Below, piece by piece: positions 1 to 11,898 of a stretch of 64,000 nucleotides of DNA (position 1 is the stretch's first letter; every line of letters begins with the position of its first letter). The position numbers and the translations under genes are program-made. This stretch comes from Vicugna vicugna. Lineage: Eukaryota. The stretch spans positions 4,364,327 through 4,428,326 of the forward strand of contig MU061579.1 of assembly GCA_013265495.1 (NCBI GenBank), in the 5' to 3' direction. Below the pieces are notes generated by a model. The model made no database searches. It was not told the origin of the DNA and saw only the letters and a list, made by a program, of their open reading frames with translations.

Positions 1-734
1 AAGGTAGATAAAAAGTGAGGTAAAGTCATTTGCACAAAATGAAACAAGTTAAATAATGCTCTAATCTGAAAACTCCTGAAATAATAACTCTATGAAGACC
101 AGAATGTTTGTTGTGTCTCCACCCTATCACTAAGATGAGTGTCTGGATAACATTAGACATTCAATAAATATTTGATAATGAATGGATTCTTGTATTATTT
201 AGAAGGCATAGGATTGTGGGTGTTAATCGTGTCTTGAAAGTTAAAAATAAATGCACTTTAAGTTGTCTTCTATACTCAGAAACTTATAACTATTAAAAAG
301 CAAATGGCAGAGAATAAGGAATATAATATAATGTTCACAGTTACCAGCTTCTTTATACCTACATATAGATGCTTAATTTACATAGTAACACTCTTACATT
401 TACATTTTGGCCGAGGACAATTATAACAAATTAGTTCATATTTGAAAATAAATTATAGGAAAAAAACATTAAATATTTACTTTCATTGAAATTTTCAGAT
501 GCAATGATGCTAAGCTAGAAATTCCAGGAAAACAATTCTTTAAGTCCATTCTCTCTCCCCTCTCAGCTTTTTCTTGAAAATCTATGTGATCATAATAGCA
601 CATAAACTAAGATTCACAAACTATTGAATTGGTTTGAGAATTTTTAGTTCTGTCATTTATAGGAAGACTAAGTGGGAACTCTGCCTTGCATATTTTAGAA
701 GATAAACTCTTATGCATAGTCCTCTTTTAGCTTA

Positions 735-965
735 TTAGGAAGTAACATAAGGCATTGATCTAGTAGTGTCTGGGTGAATGTTTAACTGGCTTTCCAGAAA
801 TACCAAGCCCTCTTGTATGGTGTTTGCCTTTTTCCACATCGTAAATGTTCCCACAGTGTTCCCTTTCGAGACCAGCGTGTCATCCATGAACACGGAGTTG
901 GAAAGAGTTGTGTTCAACAGGCTCTTGAAGCCTGTGTGAGCTGTCACCATCTCACCAATATTGCT
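735..965 (-). other. Candidate terminal exon (unidentified); open 76 codons in phase 0
   Basis: Minus-strand acceptor with a pyrimidine tract and CTGAC branch-like motif (tgctttttgcatttttcctgcctctgttcctgactacttgtctag|). It reads SNIGEMVTAH...MPYVTS* to the stop at 735-737. No homolog recognised. Confidence 0.2.
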
Positions 966-1482
966 CTAGACAAGTAGTCAGGAACAGAGGCAGGAAAAAT
1001 GCAAAAAGCAGCGCATGCAAATTTTTAAAAACTGACTTTTCACTTACTTCATCTGAGCTAAATGTCATTTCAAGGCAGCAGACATAGATGAAATTTATTT
1101 TTCCACTATCAAAATAGTAGATCTTCATGAGAAGAACGTCTGACAGTCACTGAAAATTGCGAGTGAAGCTCTAGAAATTGCTTTACTCACTAGCAGGGTA
1201 TGTGAAAGGGAAAATACTGGAACCAAATGCATCATGAACAGACATAAGAAATTTTCATCTTGTCTCTTATGAAAGTATCACATTTAGAGAAAACTCTTCA
1301 ATAAATGGTAAGCAAACAAATAAATAGGACAAGGGATATGTGAAATTTACTAAACATAGAAAAAAAATAAAAGAATACCTAAATGAGAGTATGTCTGATT
1401 ATGATTGGAAATATAAAAGAAAAAGATATTACTGGACCTCTTAGCAGTGATAGTAACTCATAAATTCAATTAAAATTTATTT

Positions 1483-1640
1483 GGGGGGAGAGTATAGCTC
1501 ATTGGTAGAGCACATGCTTAGCATGCATGAGGACCAGGGTTCAATCCCCAGTACAGCCATTAAATAAATAAACAAACAAACAAACCTAATTACCTGCCCC
1601 CCAAATACATAAAGAAATAAATAAATATAAATAAAGGATT
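1483..1640 (+). mobile_element. tRNA-Ala-derived SINE (camelid vic-1 type)
   Basis: GGGGGGAGAGTATAGCTCATTGGTAGAG...CTTAGCATG...GGTTCAATCCCCAGTAC head with A and B boxes, followed by an (AAAT/AAAC)n-cctaattacc-A-rich tail. Confidence 0.9.
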
Positions 1641-1929
1641 GTTATTTAAAATTCAATTGTAGGAAATATTCCTGAAATAAAATAGATGTGCAATTAAAAC
1701 AGATTAATTGAAAATATCATGGTCTTCACATTTCTGTTTTAAAACATAAAATAGTCAAAATTTTATTTAATATAATAAATATTTGTTATGGAAAGTTTTT
1801 AATAACACAGGCATAAAGAAAGATCATTTTCTAAAAATGTTACCACTCAAGAGAAAACTGCTATTGACATTTTGCTTCTGTATTTTCTGTTGTTTTCCAT
1901 ATAAGGGGCTTAAAAGGAGGGCTTTGTGA

Positions 1930-2045
1930 TCATATAGAATTCAACTAGAAACAAATTCTACCACTTGTTCAGTTACTTAACTCTCCATGTCTCACTTTTT
2001 CTACACAGAATAGAAATAATAATACCTACCTCATGGTAATAATAA
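1930..2045 (+). mobile_element. MIR SINE fragment
   Basis: MIR core-like sequence agttacttaactctccatgtctcactttt...aataataatacctacctcat. Confidence 0.6.
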
Positions 2046-2119
2046 AATATATAATAAAGCATGATTCAATATTCTTCTTATAATCCTTTTGAAATCTGTT
2101 CCTCATAATAGTGCATAAT

Positions 2120-2610
2120 AGTAATCTGGTCAATGGTTAAAATTTTGAATTTTAATGAACACATTCCTTCATAAGGCTAAATGTTCTACTTTTAAAAAAT
2201 CATAACTGTTAAAAACATTTTCCTTATTCTAAGCCAAATTCATCTTTTGGGGGGATAACTTTCAATGGTTGTTTTTAGCGTGTTACTTAGAAGTAACAGA
2301 GTGGGTTCACTGTCCCTTTTGTGAGGTAACCATTCAAATATTTCAGTGCTTCTATTAATGCTGATTAAGTGTGGTCTTTTTCAAGGTGAATAATCCCAAT
2401 CTCTCAGTCATTTTTTTTATGTCCTGTCTTCTAGACACTTCACGATCTTTTCATTTTTTCTCCAGACACATTCAAATTTTGTCAATGTGTTCCTTAAAAT
2501 TTGTATCCAAAGAGTCAAACATAATATATCACATACTGTCTGACCATCAGAAAGATTGTCAAGACTGGTACTTCCTCAATAAGATTACTAAAATTCTCTT
2601 AATTTAACTT
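2120..2610 (-). mobile_element. L3/CR1 LINE 3' fragment
   Basis: Minus strand reads tggtcagac...aaattttaaggaacacattgacaaaatttgaatgtgtctggag...ttgggattattcaccttgaaaaagac, resembling the CR1/L3 ORF2 3' end. Confidence 0.6.
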
Positions 2611-2964
2611 TAGAAAATGTCCACACAGTTTACCATTTCTGTGCCACTGAATTATAAATATTAGATGAGGAAGTTTACAGCTGACTGTATGCAGGAGGGC
2701 AAGTTATTAACTGCTTATGCAGAAGAGAAGTATGGGACTTTGAATGGGAGCACAGCTGGGCAGGTGAGTGAGGGTTGTTGAATTGTCAGAAAAATGATCA
2801 CAAGATGACAATAATTGCCTACTAGCCTCCTAGACCTTATGAATCCTAATAGGAAAATTTAAAGACCATTGGGGATGATTGTACTTTGTCAGAACAATCA
2901 AAGCAATATTCCAGTTTTGAAAGTGCAAAAGAAAGGTGCATCTCATATGTACAGCCTCATTCAC

Positions 2965-3153
2965 CTTGGTTCTTGGGGTCATCTGTGTAATCAACTCCTC
3001 TGGACTTCAAATATTCTTTCTCTGCTCTGCAAATATCACTTTCCTGTTTGTCAAACTCAGTTGGAACTGTGCAAATACATCCATCTTTATTCAATTCAGG
3101 AACTTTGTCAATGCCTGACTTCAAACATGGTGACCAGAATTGAACAAAAGATT
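2965..3153 (-). other. Candidate 189-nt symmetric (phase 1/1) exon beginning in CR1-like sequence
   Basis: Bounded by ctaataaaattatccag| and AAG|gtgaat. Open frame SFVQFWSPCLKSGIDKVPELNKDGCICTVPTEFDKQESDICRAEKEYLKSRGVDYTDDPKNQ. Confidence 0.25.
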
Positions 3154-3479
3154 CTGGATAATTTTATTAGCACAGAGTAAAGTGAAGTGGAACTATTACT
3201 TTTCATATTTAGGAAAATTCACTTCTCTTAAGTTAGTCTTAGATTTTGTTCTGTTTTTAGAGTGTGTGATTCCCCTGAAATGCTCCATGTGTTTTTCAGC
3301 AAGATCCCATTTATTGCTACCCCTCGAACGGGGCTCTTAATAGTTCTTTGTATTATGTTTTGTCCATTCTCTTCCATTTTTTTCTTTTCTACCACAAAAA
3401 CTCAATTTGAAAGCAAGAAGATATTTTGTGGTAAGAAAACAATAAAATAAGGACAAGTAAGTAGGAACATAGACTGATG

Positions 3480-3600
3480 GGTTAGTTCATTTATTAAAGC
3501 ATGTATTCATTAAGCAACTATTATGTATTTGGAATTGTGTTAGACATTGCAAATACAATGACACACTGCCCATTTGTGGTTCCAGCCATCTTAGGGTTTA
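3480..3600 (-). mobile_element. L2 3' fragment
   Basis: ttcatttatt...cattaagcaactattatgt...ttgtgttagacattgc matches the reverse-strand L2 tail pattern. Confidence 0.5.
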
Positions 3601-3745
3601 TGAACTAGTGATTCTCAACAGTGATCGATTGAGTAAGATAATAGCAATGGTTTCCATGGAGATATATAGTTTAAATGAGACTAGAAAAGAAATATAGACT
3701 CAAACAAATACTATCGAAATAGAATTGATAAGACTCAGTAACACA

Positions 3746-3863
3746 GGGGGGAGGGTACAGCTCAAGTGTTAGAGTACATGCTTAGCACGCACAAGGTCCT
3801 GAGTTCAATCCCCAGTACCTCCTCTAAAAAAATAAATGAACCTAATTACTTCACCCCAAAAAT
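3746..3863 (+). mobile_element. tRNA-Ala-derived SINE (vic-1 type) with 15-bp TSD
   Basis: tRNA-Ala head plus A-rich tail. Target-site duplication taagactcagtaaca at 3729-3743 and 3864-3878. Confidence 0.95.
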
Positions 3864-4129
3864 TAAGACTCAGTAACAGGACAAATTAACACTAAAGTAA
3901 TACAGTAAAAGAGAAAAAGTCCAAACTCGATTTTTCTTTGGGGAGTTTTTACATTTCAAAAACTCTGACAGTTTTACCTTGTTTGGTATATGGTTTGACT
4001 CTGTGATATGTCAGTCATGTGTTAGTTTTAATAATATTAATAGCATTAAATTTTGAAGCCTACAACTTTGAAAGAGTAAGAAGGAAAAATAATCACATCC
4101 AAATTGTTCCATGTCAGTTCGTGTTAACT

Positions 4130-4672
4130 TCATTTTATGAAAATATATTTACATAAAATGTACTATTTTAATCGATTTTAGGTGCACTATTCAATGACAT
4201 TAATTATATTTACATTGTTGTGCAACTATCACCACTATTTATCTCCAAAATGTTTTCATTTTCCTAAACTGAAACTCCGTACTCATTAGACAATAGCTCC
4301 CCATCCCTCCCTTCTCCTAGAACCTGGTAATCACATTCTGCTTTCCGTCTCTGAATGTAACTCTTCCAGGGACCTCATTTAAGTGGAACCATATAATATT
4401 TGTCCTTTTGGTTCTGGTTTATTTCACTTAGCACAGAAACTTCAAGGTTCATGTTTGGTAGCATGTTTCAGAATTTCGTTCTCTTTTAAGTTTGAGTAAT
4501 ATTCCATTGTATGTATAAACCACATTTTATTTATCTGTTTATCCACTGACACACATTTGAGTTGTTTTTGTTTTTTGGCTATTGTGAATAATGCTGCTAT
4601 GGATATTGGAATACAAATATCTGTTCAATGCCCTGCCTTCAATTCTTTTGGATATATAGCTAGATGGAATTG
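4130..4672 (-). mobile_element. L1MB-like 3' end
   Basis: Typical reverse L1 3' UTR/ORF2 end: cattgttgtgcaactatcacc...tttggctattgtgaataatgctgctatg...ttcaattcttttggatatatagctag. Confidence 0.85.
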
Positions 4673-4719
4673 GAATTCCCAGTCTAAAATCCTCAGCGGA
4701 TAAAAATTTATACACCTAA

Positions 4720-5290
4720 TTGCTTTCTGACCATTTCCACTTGAATGTCCAATGGATAGTTTAAATTTCATGTATTCAAAACACTCTTTCCGTCTTCCAA
4801 ACCTTGCCCCAGTATAGTCTGCTTTAGGGAATGGTCAGGCCGTGAACTCCAGTGATGCAAATATTAGAATCAATCTTAAGTGGTCTGTTTTTTTCAGGGA
4901 GGGTGCTTTTTCATTTATCAGCAAGTCTGCCCCTAAAATTCATCAGGAATCCATTCCCTTCTGCTCAGATTCATCTGAATCCATACCCTTTCTCTATTTA
5001 TACTTCTACTACTCTAGCCCAAGTCGCACTAGTCTCTTCTTTCAGTCGGGTTTAGGAAAATATTCTCCCATTTAATTTCTTTATTTCTACTCTCCTGTGC
5101 TTATTCACTTTAGATCCATTCTCCACTCACCATTAATGCTGTTATAACTTTCCTTCACACTTAAAAAAAAATCCAAAATGTTTACCATGGCCTCTTACAT
5201 AAACTGACACTGCCCTCTTAAGACTTCAAGCTCATCTTAAACCACTTTCCCCTTTATTCACTATGCTTTTTCAGACATGCTGACTACAGG
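4720..5290 (+). mobile_element. L2 LINE fragment
   Basis: catttccacttgaatgtcc...tttcatttatcagcaagtctg...tccattctccac...aaatccaaaatgtttaccatggcct are L2 ORF2 3' motifs. It appears to resume at about 6350-6650. Confidence 0.7.
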
Positions 5291-5789
5291 GTAATTACCA
5301 GAAACTTTTTAAAAAAGTGTTAAATTTTATATTCTCATTTTGTTTAGCTATCGGCTTTTTCACCTTCTTTCATTTTTAGATATTCACTTTTGTTTGGGTA
5401 GCAACGTGTTCATGGAATAAATCATAATAAGACAAGCCTGTCAATTTCCTTTCATTTTTTTTATATGTAATTCAGTTAGGGTAGGTAACCCAATTTTGGC
5501 CAATGAGGGACTTTTGGGCAGGATTATTTTTTCTCCCTGAGCAAAATAGGAATAAGAAAAAATATTTTTTCTTCCTGTCTTGAATACCATTATAGAAAGA
5601 AATAATGTTTTGAAAGGTAGCAGTTATAAGAGTACTAGTGTAAGGACAAAAAAATAAATAAACAACAGCAAAAACCAATGCACTGAAGTTAGCATAAAAC
5701 ATCTGGGTCCTTAATGACAATGGTAAGCATCAAAACCAACCTGAAATTTCTTGTAATGGAAAATTAAATATATTGTATTGCTTAAGTTA

Positions 5790-6310
5790 TTGTATCAAAT
5801 ATCTATTGGTTAATAATAAACCACCATAAAATTTAGTGTCTTAAATAGCAATTTATTGTTGTGCAAGATTCTACAGGTTGGCTCTGTGGTTCTGTTGATC
5901 TGGACAAGGCTTGACTGATCTTAGCTGGACTTAGTCAAGCATTCATGGTCATTTAACAGGTCAGCTGCAGTTCACCTTGGTTGACCTGGCCCTTAGCTGT
6001 GACATATGTGCTGAATCAACTAAGTTCTACAAAAATTTTTATCCTCCAATAGTCTAGCTCAGGCTTGTTCTCATGGTAGTAGGATTCCCACGACCATGAG
6101 TTGTAATGTCAAGACCTAGACTCAGAACTGGCATGCAATCACTTCCACCATACTCTTCTGGCCAGTGAAAGTCACACAGCCAGTCCAGATTAATGTGGAG
6201 GAGAAATAGGCTCCACAACTTGATGGAGAGATTTGGGGTATCAGATCACAGCAGATAGAGACAGAAGGGGTGGAGTATTGTGACCACATCTGCAGGCAAT
6301 TTACCAAGGC
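5790..6310 (-). mobile_element. MLT1 (MaLR) LTR, old subfamily
   Basis: ataataaaccaccataaaatttagtgtcttaaa...ctagctcaggcttgttctcatggtag...cacttccaccatactcttctggccag are reverse MLT1 motifs. Confidence 0.75.
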
Positions 6311-8607
6311 TGTTGTTGCCTGTGACTTGCCACAGAATGTGTTCTCATGCTAGCAACTTTTCATTTCTTCCCGATTCCTGGACTATTCTTTTCTTTGCCC
6401 TTGCCATAAATGATTCATCATGTTTTTATAGATCGCCACTTATATGTTATTTCCTCAGGAAGACTTTCTCTATCATTTCTCAAGTAGCCCTGTTCTCTCC
6501 ATCACCTGTTGTTCTAATTCTCTCAGTAGGATATAAGCTCAGTGAAGCTGAGGAGTGAGGACGTTATTTTGTTCATGCCAACACTTTGTATACTTCCTAT
6601 TATATGGCAAATACTCAATGTCTTTTGGTTAATTGAATGAATAAAAGAATAAATGTACAATTATTGTAATGAATGGAGTGAAATTTGTATTGACTTAACC
6701 TGTTTTATATGCTCAGGAAAGAAGGGCTTATTATTAATTTAAAAAATAGTAATGAGAGGGAAAAATCATGTCTCAAATCTGTTTCCCCAGTCTTTGTGTG
6801 GGTATGTATGTATGTTTGGGAGAGAGTTTTTTCTTGGTGGGGGAGGCAAATTGGGATAAATATATCCTGTGCCTTTCAATTTCCAGGACTCTGTTTAAAT
6901 ATTTTTCCCTGTGTAAAATACATATACAGCATTTCTACTTTTCTACTTTTCAATATTTATTCTTTTTTATTGACCATATCAAATGACACATCTGCCAAGA
7001 AAAATCGGGGGTTATCTACCACACATGCTGGCTTCTTCCATTGAGTCCCTCCGATGCTCTCTTTGTATCTCTGGCTTACCCTTTTTTATCTGTCATCCAA
7101 ACCTGTCCCTCGAAGTCAGGAAGCAAGTTCCTGAAAGTCAAAGCCCATCTTACTTATTCTCTCAGTTACCATAAATTTCAATATGTATATGACAAGTTAT
7201 GGATAAATATTTAACTTAAAGTATATGATCATTTTGCCTTATACTATAGGATAAGAGTCTGATTTAATCTTGAAACTAATTGTAAGATAAAAAGCAGTGT
7301 TTGTTTTTTGCCTTATTAAGTTTGATTCTGCTACTTAACACTTAAAGTCCCTGTGTGGTCTCTAAACAAGCCACTTACCTTTTGTAATTTTGCAACAATA
7401 TTGCTTAGACACGTCAGTTCAGTAGCCTGGTTTGCTTCTCCTAGCATTTGTTCAAAGCCTGTTCCATGTCCCTACTTCGGTTGGTTTTGTCTCCTTCATT
7501 ATATCTTATTTCCCATTATGCTACCTTCCGATCACTGAATTCCATTCCCACTGGCTCAGTGCTGGGACCTCATCTTTCCCAAATTCCCAGAACCTTCCAA
7601 GATAAACACCTTCAATTACAATCACTTCTCACCTCTTCAACAGAGGCCCCTAACAATAAACAACTTACTCAATAGGTAGTTGAAGAATGATTCTCAGATG
7701 TGCTTAGTGTAGCAGAGAACTGGGATGTAATACCGTTTTTATTTATTGAACTCCCATTAGTCTCCACACTGTAGAGGACTAGACTGCTTAATATTTCCCT
7801 AGAAGCATAATTTCAGCAGTGTGATATCTAGCAAAACAATGTGCTGCAATATTAAATATATTCCATCATATACTAAGAAACCATTCTAATAGCATAATAA
7901 ATTAAACATGACTATGATATCAAAATAAGTTAACAAACAATAAACACATAGAATGTGAGGAAACTCCAGGAATTTTTAGATTTTGATTTCAGTATTTATA
8001 TCATGCATTTAGAAAAATGTAATCTTAAATTGTAAGTGGTGTTAGAGGATGAGAAGCTGAAAGCAGGCTTCAAATATACACAATTCCCAAAACAAGGGGA
8101 TTTAGTAATGTATATATATAAACATACTGCAGGGAAAAAGACAAGGCTTAAGATGTACGTAGGCTTCCCCATTCTGTCACTTATCTTCCTTCTTCCTTTT
8201 TACACCCTGTGTCCTACAGCCCACGCACTGTTCTGCTTCCTGCTCTTGAAGAGTCTTGCACTAGGACTTAACAAAGATTTAAAAATATAATAAAAATCTT
8301 AATTTTTTCCCAAGGACATCCAAATATTAGTTTGCTACAACTGAAAGCCAAACAGGTACCAAACATTTCAAAACAAATAAACAAACACACAAAAACAGCA
8401 ACAAAAAGTAACATTCTGTAGAAGGATTAACAAAGGTTTCACTGTATATGGACAAAGAGCTCTGCCTGGGCTCTGCTTTAGATTTCTCCATGGAGGTCGT
8501 TGTCTGTTTGCCTGTTTATTAAGTAAACTGCTTACCTGGACTGTACAAACTATTGGAAACCCTTAGTTATGTTTCCTTCCTTCTGTATTACTAAAAGTCA
8601 CATGTAT

Positions 8608-9008
8608 GAGAAAGAAGAGAGGGTGGAAAGTGGGAGAAGTGTGGAGAGGTTAAGAGAAGAAGAAGAGAAAAAGCAAAGAACAATTTTAACAAAATCAATA
8701 CTGACACAGGTAAAATTGAAATAATTCAGAAAACTACTACATACAACAAACTATATTGTAAAACTGTGAAAGAATAAAAAAGTCTACTTTAAAATAATTG
8801 TTCTCTCTCCCTATCTCTGTCTCTCTCTCTCTCACTCTTTCACACACACACACATACACACACACACACACACACAAACACATACAGATACTCCAGTCCA
8901 CTCACAAACTTCCATTTACAAAATAGTAGACTAGAATGCCCAGGGTAGACCTAATCATTCTGATACCTTATTGGAGATGTCAATGTTTCTACAAAAAGTC
9001 CCCAGCAG
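8608..9008 (+). repeat. 401-bp direct duplication, copy 1 (contains a (CT)n(CA)n microsatellite)
   Basis: Appears identical by eye to 9235-9635, including microsatellite length. Confidence 0.97.
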
Positions 9009-9234
9009 GGACTTCCAGGCAAGATGGCGGAGTAGAAGGACGCTTGTAAGTCACCCTCTCCCACAAATACACTAAGACCCACATCTACAGACCCACTCAG
9101 CCAACCAGAGCACCTGCGGAACTCCGACAGATCATCGCCCTCTTCAAAAGATAAAGACGCCAAAAATCTGGTAGGAGAAAAGGAAAAAAGAAAGAACAAA
9201 AGGCAAAGCAGCGCGGGACGGGTCCCGCGGGGAG
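9009..9234 (+). mobile_element. 5' terminal 226 bp of a young L1 5' UTR
   Basis: Starts GGACTTCCAGGCAAGATGGCGGAGTAGAAGGACGC, the L1 5' end pattern with a YY1 motif. CpG-rich, unlike the rest of the window. Confidence 0.85.
9020..9030 (+). promoter_or_regulatory. YY1-type motif of the L1 internal promoter
   Basis: CAAGATGGCGG about 12 nt from the L1 5' end, the position where L1 promoters carry a YY1 site. Confidence 0.7.
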
Positions 9235-9635
9235 GAGAAAGAAGAGAGGGTGGAAAGTGGGAGAAGTGTGGAGAGGTTAAGAGAAGAAGAAGAGAAAAAG
9301 CAAAGAACAATTTTAACAAAATCAATACTGACACAGGTAAAATTGAAATAATTCAGAAAACTACTACATACAACAAACTATATTGTAAAACTGTGAAAGA
9401 ATAAAAAAGTCTACTTTAAAATAATTGTTCTCTCTCCCTATCTCTGTCTCTCTCTCTCTCACTCTTTCACACACACACACATACACACACACACACACAC
9501 ACAAACACATACAGATACTCCAGTCCACTCACAAACTTCCATTTACAAAATAGTAGACTAGAATGCCCAGGGTAGACCTAATCATTCTGATACCTTATTG
9601 GAGATGTCAATGTTTCTACAAAAAGTCCCCAGCAG
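9235..9635 (+). repeat. 401-bp direct duplication, copy 2
   Basis: Runs from gagaaagaagag to aaaaagtccccagcag, matching 8608-9008. Confidence 0.97.
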
Positions 9636-10262
9636 TATCTCCCCTGCCCATTATTTACCACAGCTCTTGATTACAACCTCTGGGAAGTTATTCCTTTCCC
9701 TTTATCTTCCTTAAATAAATCTGAAGAGGGTCAAAAGTCATTTTAAGTCTCACAACATTCTAATTTCTTTTAATTCAGGATCGTGCATCTATTGGCAGTA
9801 TAATTTTCAAAAACTGTAATGACTTAAAAAATTATTTTATTATGGTCAACTTACTGTGCCTATAGTTGCATCCATGATCATTTTCCATATGCTAGTCTAT
9901 TACTAAATTAAATTACAGGTTCATTACATTAGCAGGCTTTCAAGGAAGGGTACATCCTTAGGCTCTTGTCTCTGAGCCCTTTTGTCCAACAGAAAGGAAT
10001 TACTAGATGTTGCTTATTTAATTGATTGATTTCAACAAGGTTATGAAGGCTACACTCTTAATTTTTTAATCAAAGGCTGAGTCTTACTTAGCCTTTGCCA
10101 CTCAAAAACATTTTTAATTTATCTCTTAGAAGTTGGGTATAAGAAAAACGTATCATTTTAATCCTGCAAATCCAGAATTTCTGGGTTTTCTCTCTCTGTA
10201 ATTTTGCTTGTCACTGAGCAGGACCCTATTGTCATCGGTCACCATATGGTATTTGTAATGCT

Positions 10263-10950
10263 TAGTTATAATAGTTTAAGTGGCTTTTCGCATGCTTTTG
10301 CTGACCAGCGTTAGGCTGGAGGGCCGGGGGGAGCTTGGGTAGATCATCCCCCTTATTTGCTCCTGACACCTCAGAAACAGCAGTTGGGTGTTTTGTTTAT
10401 CTTGCTGTTCATAACTCACCTCAACTGCGCATGTCTGAAGTTATTTTTAGCCCCTTATGGTTCCTTTGTATTCTGTTGCCCCAGCCTGTGCAGAGGCTGC
10501 AGCAGGAGATCTCCGGCCTCTGCCTGCTAAAATGCCAGAAGCATATACCCACCTGACTTTAAACCGCACATGTTTTTCTCGAGAGCACTTTTCCACAGAC
10601 CCCTTTCCTAAGCACATTTGTTCTGGGCACAAGGATGTTAGAGGAGTTCCAGAGATGGGAGTGAACATCACACCCAGCAGAAAGGGGGCTGACGCATCTG
10701 CAGAAACAACGACAGCTTTGCAGCAAGCTGTTACCTGTGTGTGATCTCTATGGAAACCAGCACCGCCCTTTGAACTCTTATTATAAAAATCCCATACCTT
10801 CTCTCCCCTCTGTGAAGGCTCACGGTTTTGCAGGCATTAGCTGACTGTGACCTCCTTTGCCTGGAAAAGAAATTAAGCTGCCTTTTCTACTTCATCCAAA
10901 ACTCTGTCCTTAATTCGCTAAGTGTGATAGGAGATCGAGTTTTGGCAACA
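10263..10950 (+). mobile_element. ERV1-class solo LTR
   Basis: Ends in ...ttttggcaaca. TATA-like ttataaaa at 10781. U5-like ctgccttttctacttcatccaaaactctgtc. Flanking repeat tgct(ta) at 10259 and 10951. Confidence 0.85.
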
Positions 10951-11521
10951 TGCTTATTAACCGGGCAATTACTTTCTACCTCCTGTTTTTCTTATGGTAC
11001 CTTTTCAAATGCAGCTAATGATGATTGAGGAATCAAGTAATATGCTAATAGCATGCTCATGTGCTTAATCAATTGTCTTTGAAATACTTAATTTTATCAA
11101 ATGGTTTGTCTCTGCATTTCATTCAGCCTCTAATAATAAATTCCTTGCTGCCTGGAGCTTGACCCCAAAACAAAGGCCTCATTATTGAACAAAAGTTTTC
11201 TATTTCTGGCTACCAAGTTCTTCATTAGTTAGCTTCCAGGCTGAGCCGTGGTTTCAAAGAAACTGAAATTCCCAAAATATTAATGGGGAAAAAATGTTTA
11301 CTTCTTGTTTTGATTACATGTTAGTTATCAATAGACTGCTGTTCTGTTCCATCCTCTCTTTAATCCAGAGCCTGAGGTGAAGAGGCACCAGTACACTTTG
11401 TGCTTCTGAGCACATGTTGGCCTCCAAATAGAGAGGAGAGAGCTGTAGTAGAGTCAAGAAATGGCTCTTCAGGCTTTTATTCAAAATGTGCATACTTTCA
11501 CTCATGGTCTATTAACCCAAG

Positions 11522-11898
11522 TGTTATGGACTGAATTGTGTCCCCCCAAAATATTGAATCCCTAACTCCCAGTGTGATTGTATTTGGAGACAGGGTCTTT
11601 AAGGATGTAGTTAAGGTTAATGAGGTGATAAATGTGGAGCTCTAATCCACTATGACTGGTGTCCTTATAAGGAAAGAGCGGCATCAAGGATGCACACCCA
11701 CGGAAAGTAGGTCATATGAAGACACAGGGAGGAGTCTGCTTTCTGCGAGACAGGAAGAGAAACCTCAGTAGAAACCAAACCTGCCCAAAATTTGGTCTTG
11801 GACTTTGACCCTCCAGAACTGTGGGAAAATAAATTTTCATTGCTTCAACCTCACCAATTTGTGGTATTTTGTTATGACAACTTGAGCAGACTAATACA
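11522..11898 (+). mobile_element. MLT1A/B solo LTR
   Basis: tgttatggactgaattgtgtcccccc...gcagactaataca, with near-TSD ccaag/ccaac. Confidence 0.9.

Noticed and set aside
1483..1560. tRNA-Ala gene call (also at 3746 and 31729)
   Set aside because: Shared SINE tail, TSDs and stem/box mutations indicate SINE copies.
8951..9334. Longest ORF (127 aa, minus strand, hydrophobic and signal-peptide-like)
   Set aside because: It is antisense of a purine-rich tract plus the L1 5' UTR and crosses both duplication junctions, so it is a compositional artefact.
10335..10744. Three overlapping ORFs
   Set aside because: They lie inside a GC-richer solo LTR and show no gag/pol/env motifs.
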